NCBI RefSeq assembly: GCF_041956535.1
Contig: NW_027192218.1
Location: forward strand, 15,728 to 79,727
DNA length: 64,000 bases
Reading direction: 5' to 3'
From: Calcarisporiella thermophila CBS 279.70
Taxonomy: Eukaryota > Fungi > Calcarisporiellomycota
Each line of letters begins with the position of its first letter. Position 1 is the first letter of the stretch. A program made the translations under genes and the position numbers. Below are positions 63,400-64,000 of the stretch, piece by piece. A model generated the notes under the pieces. It was not told the origin of the DNA. It saw nothing but the letters and a program-made list of their open reading frames with translations, and searched no databases.

Positions 63400-64000
63400 T
63401 TAAAGAATACTGTGTTCGTAAAACTAACAGAAAAAGTAAGGCGATTTAATCCCAACTTTTTAGCACTAAGCCACATCTCATCCCAAAGAAATTACCAAAG
63501 ATCGACAGTTCAACCTTATCAGCACGAGCTGTGAAGAGGGTTGGGGTGGACTCTAAAGTAGCATAGCCTTATATTTCCTAAGATAACAGAAATTATTCTG
63601 AAGCAAAATTAGCTTATCGTGGGCCAAAAATTGCCTATTTTTACGACATGGGTCAGTATTCTGATTAATAATAGCATCATGATAGGGCGAACTATTTTTG
63701 CAAAAGACCTTTGTGCACTTAGTTTCGTTGGTTCTAGAAAGCCGGAAGAGATGTATGCAGCTTGAGCGTTAGAAACCGCTTTTGAGTGGAGGCAAACTTG
63801 GCAACACACTAGTCATCAATTGCAACCTCCGTATTGGTGTCAATACACGGATTCTATTGCACGTGATCGATAGCTTGTCCATTAGACGACTGCACTTATG
63901 GCAACGGGAAATAGCAATCCCTAAATATTTCAGAGGGGCTGTGTGGTGTAAATATTTTAAATGTTTGTGGCAAATATTCAAAGCCCTAGGTCTTTAAGTA
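63400..64000 (-). mobile_element. Decayed non-LTR (L1/Tx1-like) retrotransposon fragment, C-terminal RT/thumb region
   Basis: PLKYLGIAIS..LMDKLS..LTPIRRLQLMTSVLPSLP matches the LINE pattern PxKYLGxPL..LIDK..LSxxGRLxLIxSVLxSLP; continues with frameshifts and stops. Confidence 0.55.

Overview
Gene-dense, intron-rich (mostly ~55-110 nt GT-AG introns) fungal genomic DNA, most consistent with an early-diverging fungus (inference: it has both fungal-type SSB/STE12/Pho4 genes and PYM1/Asterix/ABTB1 genes). About 27 protein-coding genes can be assembled by hand. They include RPL20, ABTB1-like, CDC55, NAD(P)HX dehydratase, two DUF3712/Tag1-like paralogs, LCP5, an ABC1 kinase, two Hsp20 paralogs, ARP1, G-gamma, mS37, a GH5 glycolipid glucosidase, Asterix, uL4m, PYM1, an S6K-like kinase, RfeF-like, importin-13, an Mso1-domain protein, STE12-like, Pho4-like, SSB and an RGS. 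A tRNA-derived SINE-like element sits at the left edge and a decayed LINE at the right edge. The highlight is a fungal Tau/MAP2-like protein (32.0-33.5 kb) with near-complete tau microtubule-binding repeats at both ends and an array of KXGS half-repeats, several preceded by an RRH[S/T] kinase site. Also notable are a possible splice-dependent peroxisomal (-NKL) isoform of NAD(P)HX dehydratase and a mirror-image DUF3712+Hsp20 paralog arrangement. Family calls come from motif recognition only; no searches were run. CDS coordinates span start to stop and include introns.
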